Part shown: positions 40,218 to 53,193 of the stretch, piece by piece
How positions within the stretch are numbered: the first letter of the stretch is position 1
Layout: the number at the start of each line of letters is the position of its first letter
Origin: Octopus sinensis
Lineage: Eukaryota
Length of the DNA: 64,000 bases
Assembly: GCF_006345805.1 (NCBI RefSeq)
Contig: NC_042998.1
Coordinates: forward strand, 152,024,001-152,088,000
Direction: 5' to 3'
Notes under the pieces: generated by a model
Databases searched by the model: none
Told to the model about the DNA's origin: nothing
Seen by the model: only the letters and a program-made list of their open reading frames with translations
Position numbers and translations under genes: made by a program

Positions 40218-40828
40218 AATAATAATAATAATAATAATAATGATGATGATGATGATGATGATGTATATTTATTCCATTATCCATTCAATTTCAGGTACTC
40301 ATGTTTGAATATAAAACGTTATACTTATATGAGATACGTTCATGACATTACACAATTTATATAATATATTCTCATGCACGTATAATTTTCATGGACTTAC
40401 ATGGGGAGACCTTTAAAAGCTGTCTAAATCTCTGAAAATGATCAGTATATATATGTTCATGTCTCCATGCAAAGTAGAAGTTTGCTATGCACGTTGTATA
40501 TATTTCTATCAGTGTATGCATGAATGTATTCATATGGTGCAATTCAAGTGTATTGGACACAAAAATCAAATACTTTTACCAATACTTACAAAGAAGCAAG
40601 GCTAATACAAGGGAAATAACAATGAAAGGGTGTCCTACAGGAAATACCTCCTCTTATTTGTATTTTACATTACACTCTGTGCCACAAAACAACATTTGAA
40701 GTCCCATAAAGTTATCTCTAATACCATGGAGTCTTATCTAAAATGGGAACAATTTACCATCATTTTTAAGAGGAATACTTCATATTTGTGATGTTTTCGT
40801 ATGAAACCAGTGGTAACATAATAAATCC

Positions 40829-40876
<48 letters not shown>

Positions 40877-41269
40877 ATAAAGAAAGAGAGAGGGGAGACA
40901 TCTGTCGACCTTTAATATAATATCTACATACAGAGTAATTTAGTTACAATTACTTTTCTTTTACTGAAATATATTTTAAAGTAATAAATATTTTCTTCTG
41001 AAAATTACTATTCATCATTCTGTAGAAGCTCGTGGAAATTTGATAAAAGTTAAATTAAAATTACTGTATACTTGCCATATTGTCGGATGTTACCCGTTGC
41101 GATAAAAACATTTATACAAAGTCACTCGTCAAGTTTAATGAGTCTTGGAGGAAACTGTCAAATCTATGTGGACCCTGGATATTTCTATTTTTAAACACAG
41201 AACGTCCTTAAGAGATAACATTTCTGGACGATTAGGTCGGTTAATTTGCCTCTTCGTGATATATATTCT

Positions 41270-41393
41270 TTTATTTTTTATTTGTTTCTTTTACTTGTTT
41301 CAGTCATTTAACTGCCGCCATGCTTGAAAACCACCTTGAAGGGTTTTAGTCAAACAATTAATCCCTAGGACTTATTCTTTAAAGCCTAGTACT

Positions 41394-41442
<49 letters not shown>

Positions 41443-41720
41443 GCCGAACCATAGACTATGAGGACATAAACACATAAACACCGGTTGTCAAGCGGTGATG
41501 GTGGGACAAACACAGACATAAAGACAAACACACACACACACACACACAAACACACGCCGGTGCGTGCGCGCGCACACACACATATATATATACGACGGTC
41601 TTTCAATTTCCGTCTACCGAATCCTCTCACAAGGCTTTGGTCGGCCCGAGGCTATAGTAGAAAACACCTTGCCCGAGGTGCCACGTAGTAGGACTCAACC
41701 CGGAACCATGTGGTTGAGAA
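41270..41720 (-). mobile_element. tRNA-derived SINE family C (CORE-like gcaccttgggcaag block)
   Basis: Reverse complement has accacatggttccgggttgagtcc...gcacctcgggcaaggtgttttctactatagcctcgggccgaccaaagccttgtgag. Confidence 0.85.
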
Positions 41721-42513
41721 GCAAGATTCCTACTGCGCCTATAAGTTTGAGACACAGATGCGCATTTGGCGTCTATTTCTAGCGTACAGGCGTTGTCAAT
41801 TCAGCGCCCTTTGTTACAATTATATTTTATTATATATATATACTCTGGTTTTAAAATGTTTAACAGTGTAGAAATCAGGGGAAGAAACGAGCTTAATGGG
41901 AAAATGCGTTTTGATGTATATTAGGCAATGCTGGAAATGGTTTGCGGTTAAAATAACAGGAAGTAAAGGTAGAGGTAAGAAATTTCATACGCATCACAGT
42001 TACAGAGAGTTAAATGTGCAGGATGGTGTTTATGTTCAGATGCATGTATGTCCTTATACTCTAATGACGTTTGTATGTGTGTTTTGCTTGTCTGTACGTA
42101 TTGTGTTGCTATGTGTCTGAGTGTATGTGTATTTTGTGTGTAGTGTTTTGGTATGTGGGTGGGAAAGTATCGCCAAGAAGTGCGCATGTGTGAGTGTGTG
42201 CCAGAGTGTATGTATACGTGTCTACTTTTAATTCATCTATATGTACAATGTGCACTATGTATGTGTGTGTGCGCGCGTGCGTACCACTTAAATGAATGCG
42301 TATGTGTTATATGTGTTTTGTTGAGTTTAATGAATGGAGTGTGAAAGTGTTACTGAGATATATGAAGAGCGAGTGTATGTATATAATTTGACCATTACTG
42401 CATATGTGTATATATGTGAATATATGTACGATTATAGCTGTACATGTGTGTATATGAGTGTATATATATTATTCGTAGTTTATTCTGACCGTCTCCCTCT
42501 ATTTTACGTCACA

Positions 42514-43116
42514 CTATATTATCATCATATGTATATATATATTTTATCAATATGTGTTGTAAGATTCCTGATATGAAATCGTGTGTTGAAACCGATATTG
42601 ATGTATTTCGGGACGGTCATTTTTTTTGCCAAGTAAACACACACGCTATATATTTTTTCTTCACTTGTTTATTACTGTTCTTATTTCATTATTTTAACTC
42701 ATGTCCATTGTCCGGAAATCTTTCGTCACACTCCTGTGACCTCTTCAGCGACACTTTTCGTTTTTGTGTGCGTTCTTGCTCCACTTGCTCCATTCTGTTC
42801 TTCTGAGGTCTTCTATTCTTCTTCTTAGAGAACAGAATGGAGTAAGTAGAGCAAAAACATACACGAAAATGAAAAGTGTCGCTGAAGAGGTCACAGGAGT
42901 GTGACGAAAGATTTCCGGACAATAGGCATGAGTTAAAATAATAAAATAAGAACAGTAATAAACAAGTGAAGAAAAAATATATAGTGTGTGTGTTTACTTG
43001 GCAAAAAAAATGACCGTCCCGAAATATATCAATATCGGTTTCAACACACGATTTCATATCAGGAATCTTACAACACATATTGATAAAATATATATATACA
43101 TATGATAATAATATAG
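42514..43116. repeat. Fold-back element with 288-bp arms and a 27-nt spacer
   Basis: 42514-42801 versus 42829-43116; 13 mismatches by hand count, all transitions. Confidence 0.95.
42877..42921 (+). ncRNA. Hammerhead-like motif with an extra nucleotide after A9 (mirror on minus in the left arm)
   Basis: tgtcg-CTGAAGA-g-gtcac(aggagt)gtgac-GAAA-gat-TTC-cggaca. Confidence 0.5.
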
Positions 43117-43759
43117 TTAATTCTAGTAGCCACGATATTAAGGGAACTAGGCTTCAGATACGGACACACAATTGTAAACACAGAATAGAGGGAGGTGAAC
43201 AGAATAAACTACGAATAAGAAAAAGATATTAAAGTTAAAAAACGAACTGAAAATAAGGAGAACCAAAATACGAATTTTAACTATAACCCAATAAATATTG
43301 ACACTTCCATATTATATACTAGCAACAATAGATCAAACAAGAAGTACGAGAAATCTAGTGTTCTCCAGGATAATCTTATCTGCTGATAACAAATATCGTC
43401 TAAGAATGCTAAAAAATTCTTTACCGCTTTCCAAAATCCAAAAGATATCACGAGATTTTTTTTGACGGACACACACTGAAGCCTTAGAATACAATATACA
43501 TAAAATTAATAATAAATTTATTTAGAAGATAAATAACACAGTTAATGAGGGAACAATAAAAGATAAGTAATTTACTAAAGATTCTGAAAATAAAGAAAAA
43601 ACAAATCAAGCATGTTCCAATAATTACAATGAATAAGCAAATACAAAGAAAACACTGCTGACAGTGAATATGTTGTAAATTCGAATGCTCATAATACTCA
43701 CAATAGCAGCGATGAACTTAACGAAAGTTTGATATTTAAATCGTATACACACACGCACG

Positions 43760-43845
<86 letters not shown>

Positions 43846-44329
43846 TATATATATGCATGTACTTGTGCATGTCAATATATGTGAGTACATATATATAACT
43901 ATCCGTACATAAGGATATATATATGTACACACACTCCAGACCCAACAAATCATACGACATGACGAGGATCTACCCCATAAACTGGAAAGCAGGATGTATA
44001 GTACACAGCATCATCAAAAATCGGAGGATGAAAGTGGACGCGAATTTAAATCACTGAAAAATCTACTTACTAACCAACACCAAGCAACATTCCAAGAAAA
44101 ACTTTATAAAATTATTCTTAAAATGTTAAATTAAAAAAGTATCTCTAGAGAAATAACAGACACCATGAAAAATTAAAGAAAGTACCCAAAGATTTTAAAC
44201 AAGTACCAAGGGTTTTACTGCCAACAGAAAGGATATGTATCCTATCACAGACTGACAGTGAGACAGAGGCAAAGATTTCCTTAGCTAGAAATAGATTCCA
44301 ACACAACTTAAAGAATAATAATAATTGCT

Positions 44330-44690
44330 TAAGTAACGAGAACATGGATTTGGTATTAATCTTTATTTTGTACAACGGCCATTTCGACTTGTCCTGCTAC
44401 TTGGGACTCCTTTCAACATGTTGTGTTGCATCAGTTTTCCAGTTTGGGTTTCATCATATTGTTATATGTCCGTCTGTCATATAGCAGACGGGCATATAAC
44501 AACATGACAGCCACAACTCGGGATCTTTAGTGAGACAGAAACCTTTATGGATAGATGTACCTGATGAGACACAAACTGCTAAATTGATGCAACGCAACGT
44601 GTTGAAAGGAGTAAGAGACAGCAGCAGGATGTGTTAAAATGACCGTTGTACAAAATAAAGCTGAATACCAGATCTATCTCGTTACTGAAG
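44330..44690. repeat. Old diverged fold-back element with central hairpin
   Basis: cttaagtaacgag...gcatcagtt pairs with the reverse complement of ~44575-44690. Central catattgttatatgtccgtctg/cagacgggcatataacaacatg. CTGATGA-gacac...gtgtt-GAAA at 44561-44607. Confidence 0.75.
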
Positions 44691-44708
44691 GAATTGTTGT
44701 TGTTGTTG

Positions 44709-44772
<64 letters not shown>

Positions 44773-44784
44773 TACTATTACTAT

Positions 44785-44820
<36 letters not shown>

Positions 44821-44835
44821 AACTACTACTACTAC

Positions 44836-44905
<70 letters not shown>
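44690..44905. repeat. Compound (GTT)n/(ATT)n/(ACT)n microsatellite
   Basis: Directly visible; it forms the 3' tail or target of the adjacent Dong fragment. Confidence 0.95.
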
Positions 44906-45579
44906 TAGTCTTATTTTTATCACGTGCTTTCACTGCACTACCGAGCGCAGCTCTGTGTTTCTGGGTATGTGCCGTACTTTGTTGTGATACACTCATTTTT
45001 ACTTTATTGAAAGCGTTTCACGTAGGATGTGTGCGGTGCCTAGTGGTACTATTTTCTGTATGTTATATATATTTGTTACTCTTGCTGTTTTGTTACGTAT
45101 TTGTCAGAATATGTTCTATGATACCTAATGCGCCTATTATGATAAGAACTGTTTCTGTTTTTAAACTCCACATTCAAATTACCTCTATTTCCAAGTCTTT
45201 GTATTTTGCAATGTTCCTCCATGTCATCTGTTGGTATTGATACATCGATTAGAATGCATTTTTTTTCTTGATCTCTGACAACTATATCCGGCCTATTGGC
45301 CTTACTTTCTCTATCTGTGTCTATTGGCATATCCCATAGCATGGTTGCTTCCCATTTTCTGTGACCTTTTCTGGCGTGTACCTTTACGATCTTTTTTCTG
45401 TTGTTATTTCATAGTGTTGGCATAGTGTTGTGTCTGTGAATTTATTCCTTCTTAGCTCTGACTGGGCAGCCAAAGACAATACGGTTTATTGTTTCTTGTC
45501 CATCTCCACATATTCTTGTTACTTGTTATGTTTCTTTTCACTATATGTTTTTGGTAATTTTTGATGGGGAAGCTTTGTT
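44906..45579 (-). mobile_element. R4/Dong 3' fragment
   Basis: QSFPIKNYQKHIVK, MLWDMPIDTDRESKANRPDIVVRDQEKKCILIDVSIP, IIGALG, GTAHILRETL, 3' UTR, then (TAA)n. Confidence 0.85.
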
Positions 45580-46140
45580 CTTCTTCGGGGAATGATCTCC
45601 CTTTGCAGGCTAGAGGACGCCGTGATGGCGTCAGCCCTCCTGGTGACGTTGATGATCGCCTGGGGCTAAATGCATCAGTAACACCCCCACCGCCCTGCCC
45701 TGTCCCTAGCCACATTCAGATGGCTAACGTCCCTTATGTTATGGAGCAGTTACTGTCTATATCTCGTTTAGAGAATTATTATTGCTGTCGAACGGATTTT
45801 CTACATCAGTAAATGTATTTACTGTCAAAATCTTTATATATATCCTGCACAGAGAGTTGTTCGTCGAGGAGCGGTGCCTGCCATGCGTTGATAATAGGCA
45901 AATACCTTGAAACCTAGGTCCGTATGTGGCATCCGCTTCTTCGGGGAATGATCTCCCTTTGCAGGCTAGAGGACGCCGTGATGGCGTCAGCCCTCCTGGT
46001 GACGTTGATGATCGCCTGGGGCTAAATGCATCAGTAACACCCCCACCGCCCTGCCCTGTCCCTAGCCACATTCAGATGGCTAACGTCCCTTATGTTATGG
46101 AGCAGTTACTGTCTATATCTCGTTTAGAGAATTATTATTG

Positions 46141-46142
<2 letters not shown>
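45580..46142. repeat. Two identical 207-bp GC-rich direct repeats (45580-45786, 45936-46142) with a 149-bp spacer
   Basis: Both copies run cttcttcggggaatg...gagaattattattgct; the same peptide appears twice in the ORF track. Confidence 0.95.
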
Positions 46143-46184
<42 letters not shown>

Positions 46185-46190
<6 letters not shown>

Positions 46191-46560
46191 GAGATTCAGT
46201 TGAATTAGGTACTTAATTTAAGCACCAAGTCAGTGCGATATTATCCGTACAACTTAATGTAAGGTGAATAAAATCAAAATAAGCAACAGGATATCAAGAG
46301 GTGATGCAGTACGACCATTTCATGCGACTGCATTTAATTGAACAATGCAATCATTACATCAATTTTAATGCAGGGCTATCCTCAGCTGCATAAGTAAATA
46401 GACTTTTTTAATCAGTTGGACATATTAATATAATTTTACTCAAAGAGCAAGAAGAGGGAAAAAGTCCATGTTGTTACAAATATAGCTCAGAATATACTAC
46501 ACTTCTAAGAACTGTATGAAGGTTGTTAACGTCACAGCTTGTAAAGGATAGAGGTTCGTT
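46185..46560. repeat. Third copy of the family that forms the 59935-60625 fold-back
   Basis: Aligns with 59935-60310. Confidence 0.9.
46304..46391 (-). ncRNA. Hammerhead-like motif with a large loop II
   Basis: atgcag-CTGAGGA-tagc...ctgcatt/aatgcag...gcat-GAAA-tggtc-GTA-ctgcat. Stem I perfect 6 bp; base of stem II mismatched. Confidence 0.5.
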
Positions 46561-46734
46561 TTTAATTCATTAGTCTATCTTTATCACCTACCAAATCTAA
46601 GGCTAGAGGACAGAGTCTGTTTAGAATAGACAGACAGACAGAGTTGACAGTTTACATATTCATTCATGCATATCGGTATTTATACATTTGTGTGTGAGTG
46701 TGTGTGCATATATAACTGGGTGTATGTAATTTTG

Positions 46735-46795
<61 letters not shown>

Positions 46796-46843
46796 GTGTG
46801 TGTATGTATATGCGTGTGTGCGTACCTGTGTGCGTAAGTGTGT

Positions 46844-46879
<36 letters not shown>

Positions 46880-47009
46880 ATATGCTAACTTCTTTGCTTT
46901 GCTGAAATTTAAACATCAATATAGATGTCCGGTTGTTTATTTTGTTCTATTGTCATCGCATGTGTATTTTATATTTTTATCTGTCTTATCAGTGAATTAC
47001 ATTTTATTT

Positions 47010-48600
47010 TAGTTAGTTAGTTAGTTAGTTAGTTAATTTGGCTCAAAAGCAAATAGCAAGGCCATGTAGGGGGACATGGAGTTAAGTGCAGGGTGGTGTT
47101 CATGTAAAGAGTTCAGGCCACTTGAGGTCAAGGGAGGCTTTGAACAAAGCGGTCGTCGGCATCTTCACCATCTCGTCTGGCAGCTTGTTCCACGGATCCG
47201 CAACCCGGACGGAGAAAGCTCCTCTCCTTCGATTGAGATGAAATCGTCGCAGGTAGAGCTTTCCGGAATGACCCCGCAGCCGACGCTCTGGAGCAGGAGT
47301 GAAGAACAGCTCTTTCGAGAGGTTACACTTTCCGCTTATGATGTTGTGGGCGAGAATGAGATCACCACGGCGGCGGCGTTTTTCAAGAGAATAAAGGTCG
47401 AGCGTCCTCAGCCTTTCTTCGTAGGACAAATTTTTGAGACCATGAACCATGCGGGTAGCCAGCTTCTGGACTCTTTCGAGATGCTGTATGTCTTTGAGGA
47501 GATAAGGAGAAGAGGCTTGAATCCCATACTCCAATATGGGTCTCACCAGCGTGTCATAGAGTGGTAGGAATATGGCTGCTGTGAGCATTCCGAATGACCG
47601 TCGAATCAAGAACAGAATTCCGCGTGCTTTGTTGGCAGCATGGACGCACTGGGGCGAAGGCGAAAAGGAGGAATCCACCAAGATACCTAGGTCCTTTACC
47701 TGATCGGTCCTCTCCAGCAGCAGACGACCCGGCTCGAAATCAAGTTGAGTTGCAGGAGTAGAGCCGACAGGCAGATGACAGCACTTTGACACGTTCAGAC
47801 ACAGGTCCCAATTGTTAGACCACTTCCAAATTTGGTGGAGGCATCGACGAAGATCCTCTATATTACCGCGAGGAGCGACCAGTTTGATATCGTCGGCAAA
47901 TAGAAGGGTGTGTTGCGTGAGGTCGTCGGGCAAGCCATTTATGAAGACTAAGAACAACAAGGGCCCAAGCACTGAACCTTGAGGCACGCCACTGCTCGCA
48001 CTGGAGACGTCGGACAGCGAACCATTAACTTGGACTTGGAAGGAGCGATCTGAGAGGAAGGCACCAACCCATCGTACAATATCCGGATGAAAACTATATG
48101 CTTGAAGCTTGACAAGCAATAGGCGGTGGTTTACCGAGTCAAAAGCTTTGGCAAAGTCCAGTAAAACGATGTCAACAGCATCACTATCATCGAGGATGCG
48201 CGTCACCAATTCTTCCATTACTAGTAGGTTGGTCAAGCATGATCTCTTCGGCACGAAGCCGTGTTGGGAATCAGAGATAGAGGTTGTGTTTAGGAGGTGG
48301 AGCATCATACTTTTCTTAAGGATGGTTTCGAACATCTTGCTGATAATTGATGTAAGGGAAACCGGTCGGTAGTTAAGCGGGTCTTCGCGGCTCTCTTTCT
48401 TGAAAATTGGGCAGATTGTCGCTGTTCTCCAGTCTGCAGGTATAACACCCGTCGCCAATGACATATTGAATAGTCGTGTTAAGGGCTCGCAGATGACCGG
48501 AGCCAACGCTTTGATAACCCGTGGGTGTATGCCATCAGGGCCGTGACCTTTGTTGACATCGAGGCCTTGAATAACACGTTTGACTTCGTGTTGTCTTGTG
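47010..48600 (-). mobile_element. Young 5'-truncated CR1-group LINE with 3' stem-loop and (TAAC)n tail
   Basis: Uninterrupted RT frame; 3' UTR hairpin ccatgt/acatgg (47062-47079); (TAAC)n at 47010-47035; visibly GC-richer than the flanks. Confidence 0.95.
47100..48506 (-). CDS. Reverse transcriptase (ORF2 C-terminal half) of a CR1-group LINE; 5'-truncated, frame stays open to ~48600
   Basis: NYRPVSLTS, QHGF, DFAKAFDSVNH, SGVPQGSVLGPLLF, LFADDIKL, KDLGI, LEYGIQASSPY, LEKRRRRGDL; upstream in frame KGHGPDGIHPR. Confidence 0.9.
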   Translation of the reverse strand: MAPVICEPLTRLFNMSLATGVIPADWRTATICPIFKKESREDPLNYRPVSLTSIISKMFETILKKSMMLHLLNTTSISDSQHGFVPKRSCLTNLLVMEELVTRILDDSDAVDIVLLDFAKAFDSVNHRLLLVKLQAYSFHPDIVRWVGAFLSDRSFQVQVNGSLSDVSSASSGVPQGSVLGPLLFLVFINGLPDDLTQHTLLFADDIKLVAPRGNIEDLRRCLHQIWKWSNNWDLCLNVSKCCHLPVGSTPATQLDFEPGRLLLERTDQVKDLGILVDSSFSPSPQCVHAANKARGILFLIRRSFGMLTAAIFLPLYDTLVRPILEYGIQASSPYLLKDIQHLERVQKLATRMVHGLKNLSYEERLRTLDLYSLEKRRRRGDLILAHNIISGKCNLSKELFFTPAPERRLRGHSGKLYLRRFHLNRRRGAFSVRVADPWNKLPDEMVKMPTTALFKASLDLKWPELFT

Positions 48601-48916
48601 CTTTGATTCCTTATTTTTCATCCTTGTGAATTTTATTTTATTGCTTCTATGAAAAGGATTCTTTCATGATATCTCAGTTTCACATGGAGACGGACAGTAT
48701 GCTACAATAACCAAAATGTATTTGTTATAGAAATAAGCGAAATGACAAGTAAAAAACGAGTTACCTTTTGATAAGTGAGGAGACACATTTGTACCTATGA
48801 TACATGAAAATTGTTTGCACAGCACCTTACCTGTTAGGTGCATAATTAGGATGAAGCGATCGCAGTGGTTCTGAAGAAAGAGTCCCGTGAATTCAATTTT
48901 CAATCTCTAAGATTTT

Positions 48917-48961
<45 letters not shown>

Positions 48962-49043
48962 AAATATGTATATATACGCATACGTATATATACATAAATA
49001 TATGCTTTTACACACATAAATATATCATATATATATATGTATC

Positions 49044-49074
<31 letters not shown>

Positions 49075-49176
49075 ATGTGCATATATACATGTGTATATAC
49101 ATATATATATATTAATAATAATAAAATGACAACAAAAGATTGAATGAAACTCCGATACTATGTAAAAAGAGGAATT

Positions 49177-49273
<97 letters not shown>

Positions 49274-49460
49274 AAAACCGTTGAATAAAAAAGGAAAGTT
49301 ACTCTAATAGGCATGAAAAATATAAAAGATATAAAAGATATAACGATATATAAAAAATATAAATTATCATTATAAAATACACGCAACCACATTCTTACAC
49401 TAGATAGAAACCTTCTGCGTTCGTAAAAACTACATACCTACACACTCACACAGACGTATA

Positions 49461-50792
49461 TATATACTACATATGTGGAAAATCAGTGTGTGTTTCTTGT
49501 GGCGTTGTTAACTAACTCCTCCCACATTGTTCTATTGATTTTGATGAAACTTCATACGTGAGTAGAATACATGTCTGGAAACCTCCGTGACATACTTAGA
49601 TTGTTGAAAAAGTCGATAATACGACCCCTGGAAGGGACCTTTATATCTACCTCATATAACTAATTTTTTTAAAAACACCCAAGCATCTGCAAAATATTCT
49701 TTTAAAACCCGCAAGGGAAATAATCCATTTCATTGTTTATATTCGATTACTTTGAATATTGATTTTTTGTGATCCAATTCCTAATTTTTGCAGACAATAT
49801 CACTTTGTTTGACACGTGAGTAGAACTCATGTCTGGAAATATCGTGACATACTTAGATTGTTGAAAAAATCGATAATAGGGCTCCGCCAATGGATCCTTC
49901 TATTTACTATATATTACTAATATTTTATTTAAACAACCCAAGAGAAATAACCCATACCACCTGTAGTTTTTAGCGAAGCGACCAATATTTGATTCACACG
50001 ATCAGCCGATCTAATTCTGCATTTCACTACTCACAGTTTTCAACTGTTAAACATTATTATTGCACTTCCTTAATTTGAATCTTAAATCTTAAAGACTTCA
50101 TTCATACATTTCTATACATACATACTTTTTTGAATGCACATTACGCCAATAATTCTGCATTTTTACAGTTCCATGACAGTAGTCAATTTTATTATTCCAT
50201 GACGTATTTGTAGTGGCTTCATGCAGGAATAGCGTGGATGCGATCATCGATTGCCAAATTTCACTTAACACTTCAACAGCACTTTTCTCACGATAAAATA
50301 GTAGTTTTTTTCAGTGAATGACAGCAGTTATACATTTCCCAGCTGTCTTTGCTAAGCAGAATAATGTATTTGCCGCTTGATCCTTCTAACACCTCTAGGC
50401 CACCACTGGCTGAAAAGGAGATAACAAACCCCCAACGAAATCATTTGTTGTCAACAATATGTCTATCCTTCTGGCTGCTTTTGGATAGATATAAAAACAA
50501 AAACTCCGTAAGCTAAAAGGCAGTCACTAAGAGCGACCATCAGAGTGTGAACGTTATTACTAAACTTTCTTCAAACACTTCATTCATATATAACCTCTCT
50601 CACCAACTTCCGACAATCTTTGTCGCAAACCTCCGAAAGCCTCTCTTGCCAATCACCAACAATCTCTCCCTCCTCCAGCTGACAGGTTTTTGTACTTTTT
50701 CGTGACGGAAAATACACCTTTCTTATATCAGAGTAGTAAGGCGTTTCAATGGAACATCTTTACCCCCGGGAATTACCGGGTACACCAGCTAG
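49461..50792 (+). mobile_element. Non-autonomous Helitron-like element (~1.3 kb)
   Basis: 3' cccgg-gaatta-ccggg hairpin (50765-50780), 8 nt, CTAG (50789-50792), T. Internal ~90-bp direct repeats at 49556 and 49814. 5' boundary approximate. Confidence 0.6.
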
Positions 50793-51539
50793 TATACATA
50801 TATATATGCCCATACACACATTTTTCTGCTCATATACACATCTTTACACACATACATACGCATATACATATATATGCATATATATGTATAAAAATACACA
50901 CACACACGTACGTATATATATATATATACATAAGTTCATCCACACATAGATATATGCACACTTATACAGACATATATTCGCATTCGCCGCATATATGAAT
51001 ATACATATATGTACATACACACACATATACATGAATAAATATACACACACACGTATATATGTATACGCAACTTCATTCTCACATAAATATATGCCTACAT
51101 TTATATGGACATTTATATAAATAAATATACACATACACAAGCATAAACATATACATATATGCACAATCGTACGGGCATATATTCACACTCGCCGCATACA
51201 TGAATATACATATATGTGCATATCTATAGTGGTACATATCTATATGCATATACACCCTGTTATCCATCAACACACCTACAACCGCAGATATACACGCGTA
51301 TATACATACATATACGTATAAAGGAAGGAGACGTACGCATTGCAGTCGCCCTTATGCACCGAATACAGTCTTACACACATATACATACATACACTCGTAT
51401 ACATATATACACATGCACACACATACACATTCAATATATGCTTATATATACATATACTCACACTCGTATATAGTCACATAATTAAAAAGGAAAAAATGAA
51501 AAATATATATATAAAACAATAAAAAATGTTAAGACATAT

Positions 51540-52545
51540 GGAAGGCTTGTTCAGGGACATAATAAAAAAGCTGGTTCTATCTGTGATTTTAGGGGACCCA
51601 AAACCGTAATAAGTATTTTGTCATATGTGGAGATGATAAAAAAATGTTCAGTTCTTGAATTTAGACATGTAGCGGGGTCTAAGGAACTTTTCCAAATGAG
51701 CCATCTTTCCATATCACAAAGACCGCACTTCTCACTGCCGTTGGTATAAGGTTTATACTTGGCCAAGATATTCCAGTGTATCTTATAGCTGACACCTTGT
51801 TCTTTTAATAACCATATATAACTGGATAATTTGGTTGTTTCTCCTTTATCCCAGTGTCTGAAGCTTAAGGTTTGATTATTGAAACTAGCTTTAAAATTTC
51901 CTTCTGTGAGGCCCACATATTTCTTTGACGAAACTGTGGTCCTTAGCGGTCGTAGAATCTACGGTGGCTTCATAAATAATGGTCTCAGTCGTACAGGCTC
52001 CATTTGTCGGACATAAGTCGATATTTCTGCAGGATCAGCCGGCTTCGTGTTGTTGTTTTTCTTTGTGTGTTATGTGCAATTATATATTTAAAATTTGTGG
52101 TTGAGCTAAAACTAATATTTAGATTATTCCTATTAAAGAGTTTCCAATATTTATGATTTATAGGAAAGTGTCTATAAAGGTCACTTTGGGGAATAAGGAG
52201 TCGTGAACCAGATACTTTTCCTGTGTCTATGTTTTCTTTTCTTATTTCTGGACTAATAACAGGTGAATAAGCTATTTCCTCTTTAAATCCACTATCTTTA
52301 AGAGGTTTTTTATATAATGGGGCAACATTATATATTATGTTTATATCAGAGGAGAGGCTAGAAATTCTCCTACTAATATTCTTAACTAAATTCTTAAACA
52401 ATATGGTGGGGTGGCAGGAACCTACATAAGTATAACTAAGTCTATCGTTGGGCTTCTTATAGGGTTTGTAAATATTCTTTTCAAATCTAATGATACATCA
52501 ATGGAATTAACAACTGTCAGGTTGGCATCTATTGTTATGCTATAC
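51540..52545 (-). mobile_element. Penelope-like element fragment (RT thumb and GIY-YIG endonuclease)
   Basis: [36 protein letters not shown], then (Y)VGLTEGNFK...TTKLSSYIWLLK...IHWNIL...KCGLCDMER...LNSRTE. Confidence 0.9.
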
Positions 52546-52582
52546 ATAAATACATACATACATACATACATACATACATACA

Positions 52583-52704
<122 letters not shown>

Positions 52705-53193
52705 CTGTTTTATACATTAATAAGTGGCGTTGCTGAATTGAAGTTGCAGGTTATCTGTCATTCTCCTTCATTTATTACTCACGCATGCGCAAATGTACAC
52801 ATAACAAGCATATGTAGGATCTCCTCTAATTATGTGTACACGAATGTCTATTGGTTAAAGTGAAAAATTCCCTATCGAAGCCATGCTGCTTTGAACTCAA
52901 AATGTAAAGAAGGAACTGCTGACAGCACGTGACACACATACACACATACACACAAACACGCACATACACACACACAAACACATACACACAGGTAACACAC
53001 ACACTACACGCGTACACAAACACACATGCACACATAATACAAAGCAACAAGCATGCACATACACATGTACTCATGGTACAATATATTAAATGTTTAAATA
53101 TGTATATGTCTGAGTGCCGACATTCTTCAGTTGATCATGTGTGTGTGTGTATGTGTGTATACATACATATACACACGTTCAAATATATATAAA

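Noticed and set aside
47076-47567. 163-aa plus-strand ORF
   Set aside because: Antisense shadow of the LINE RT frame.
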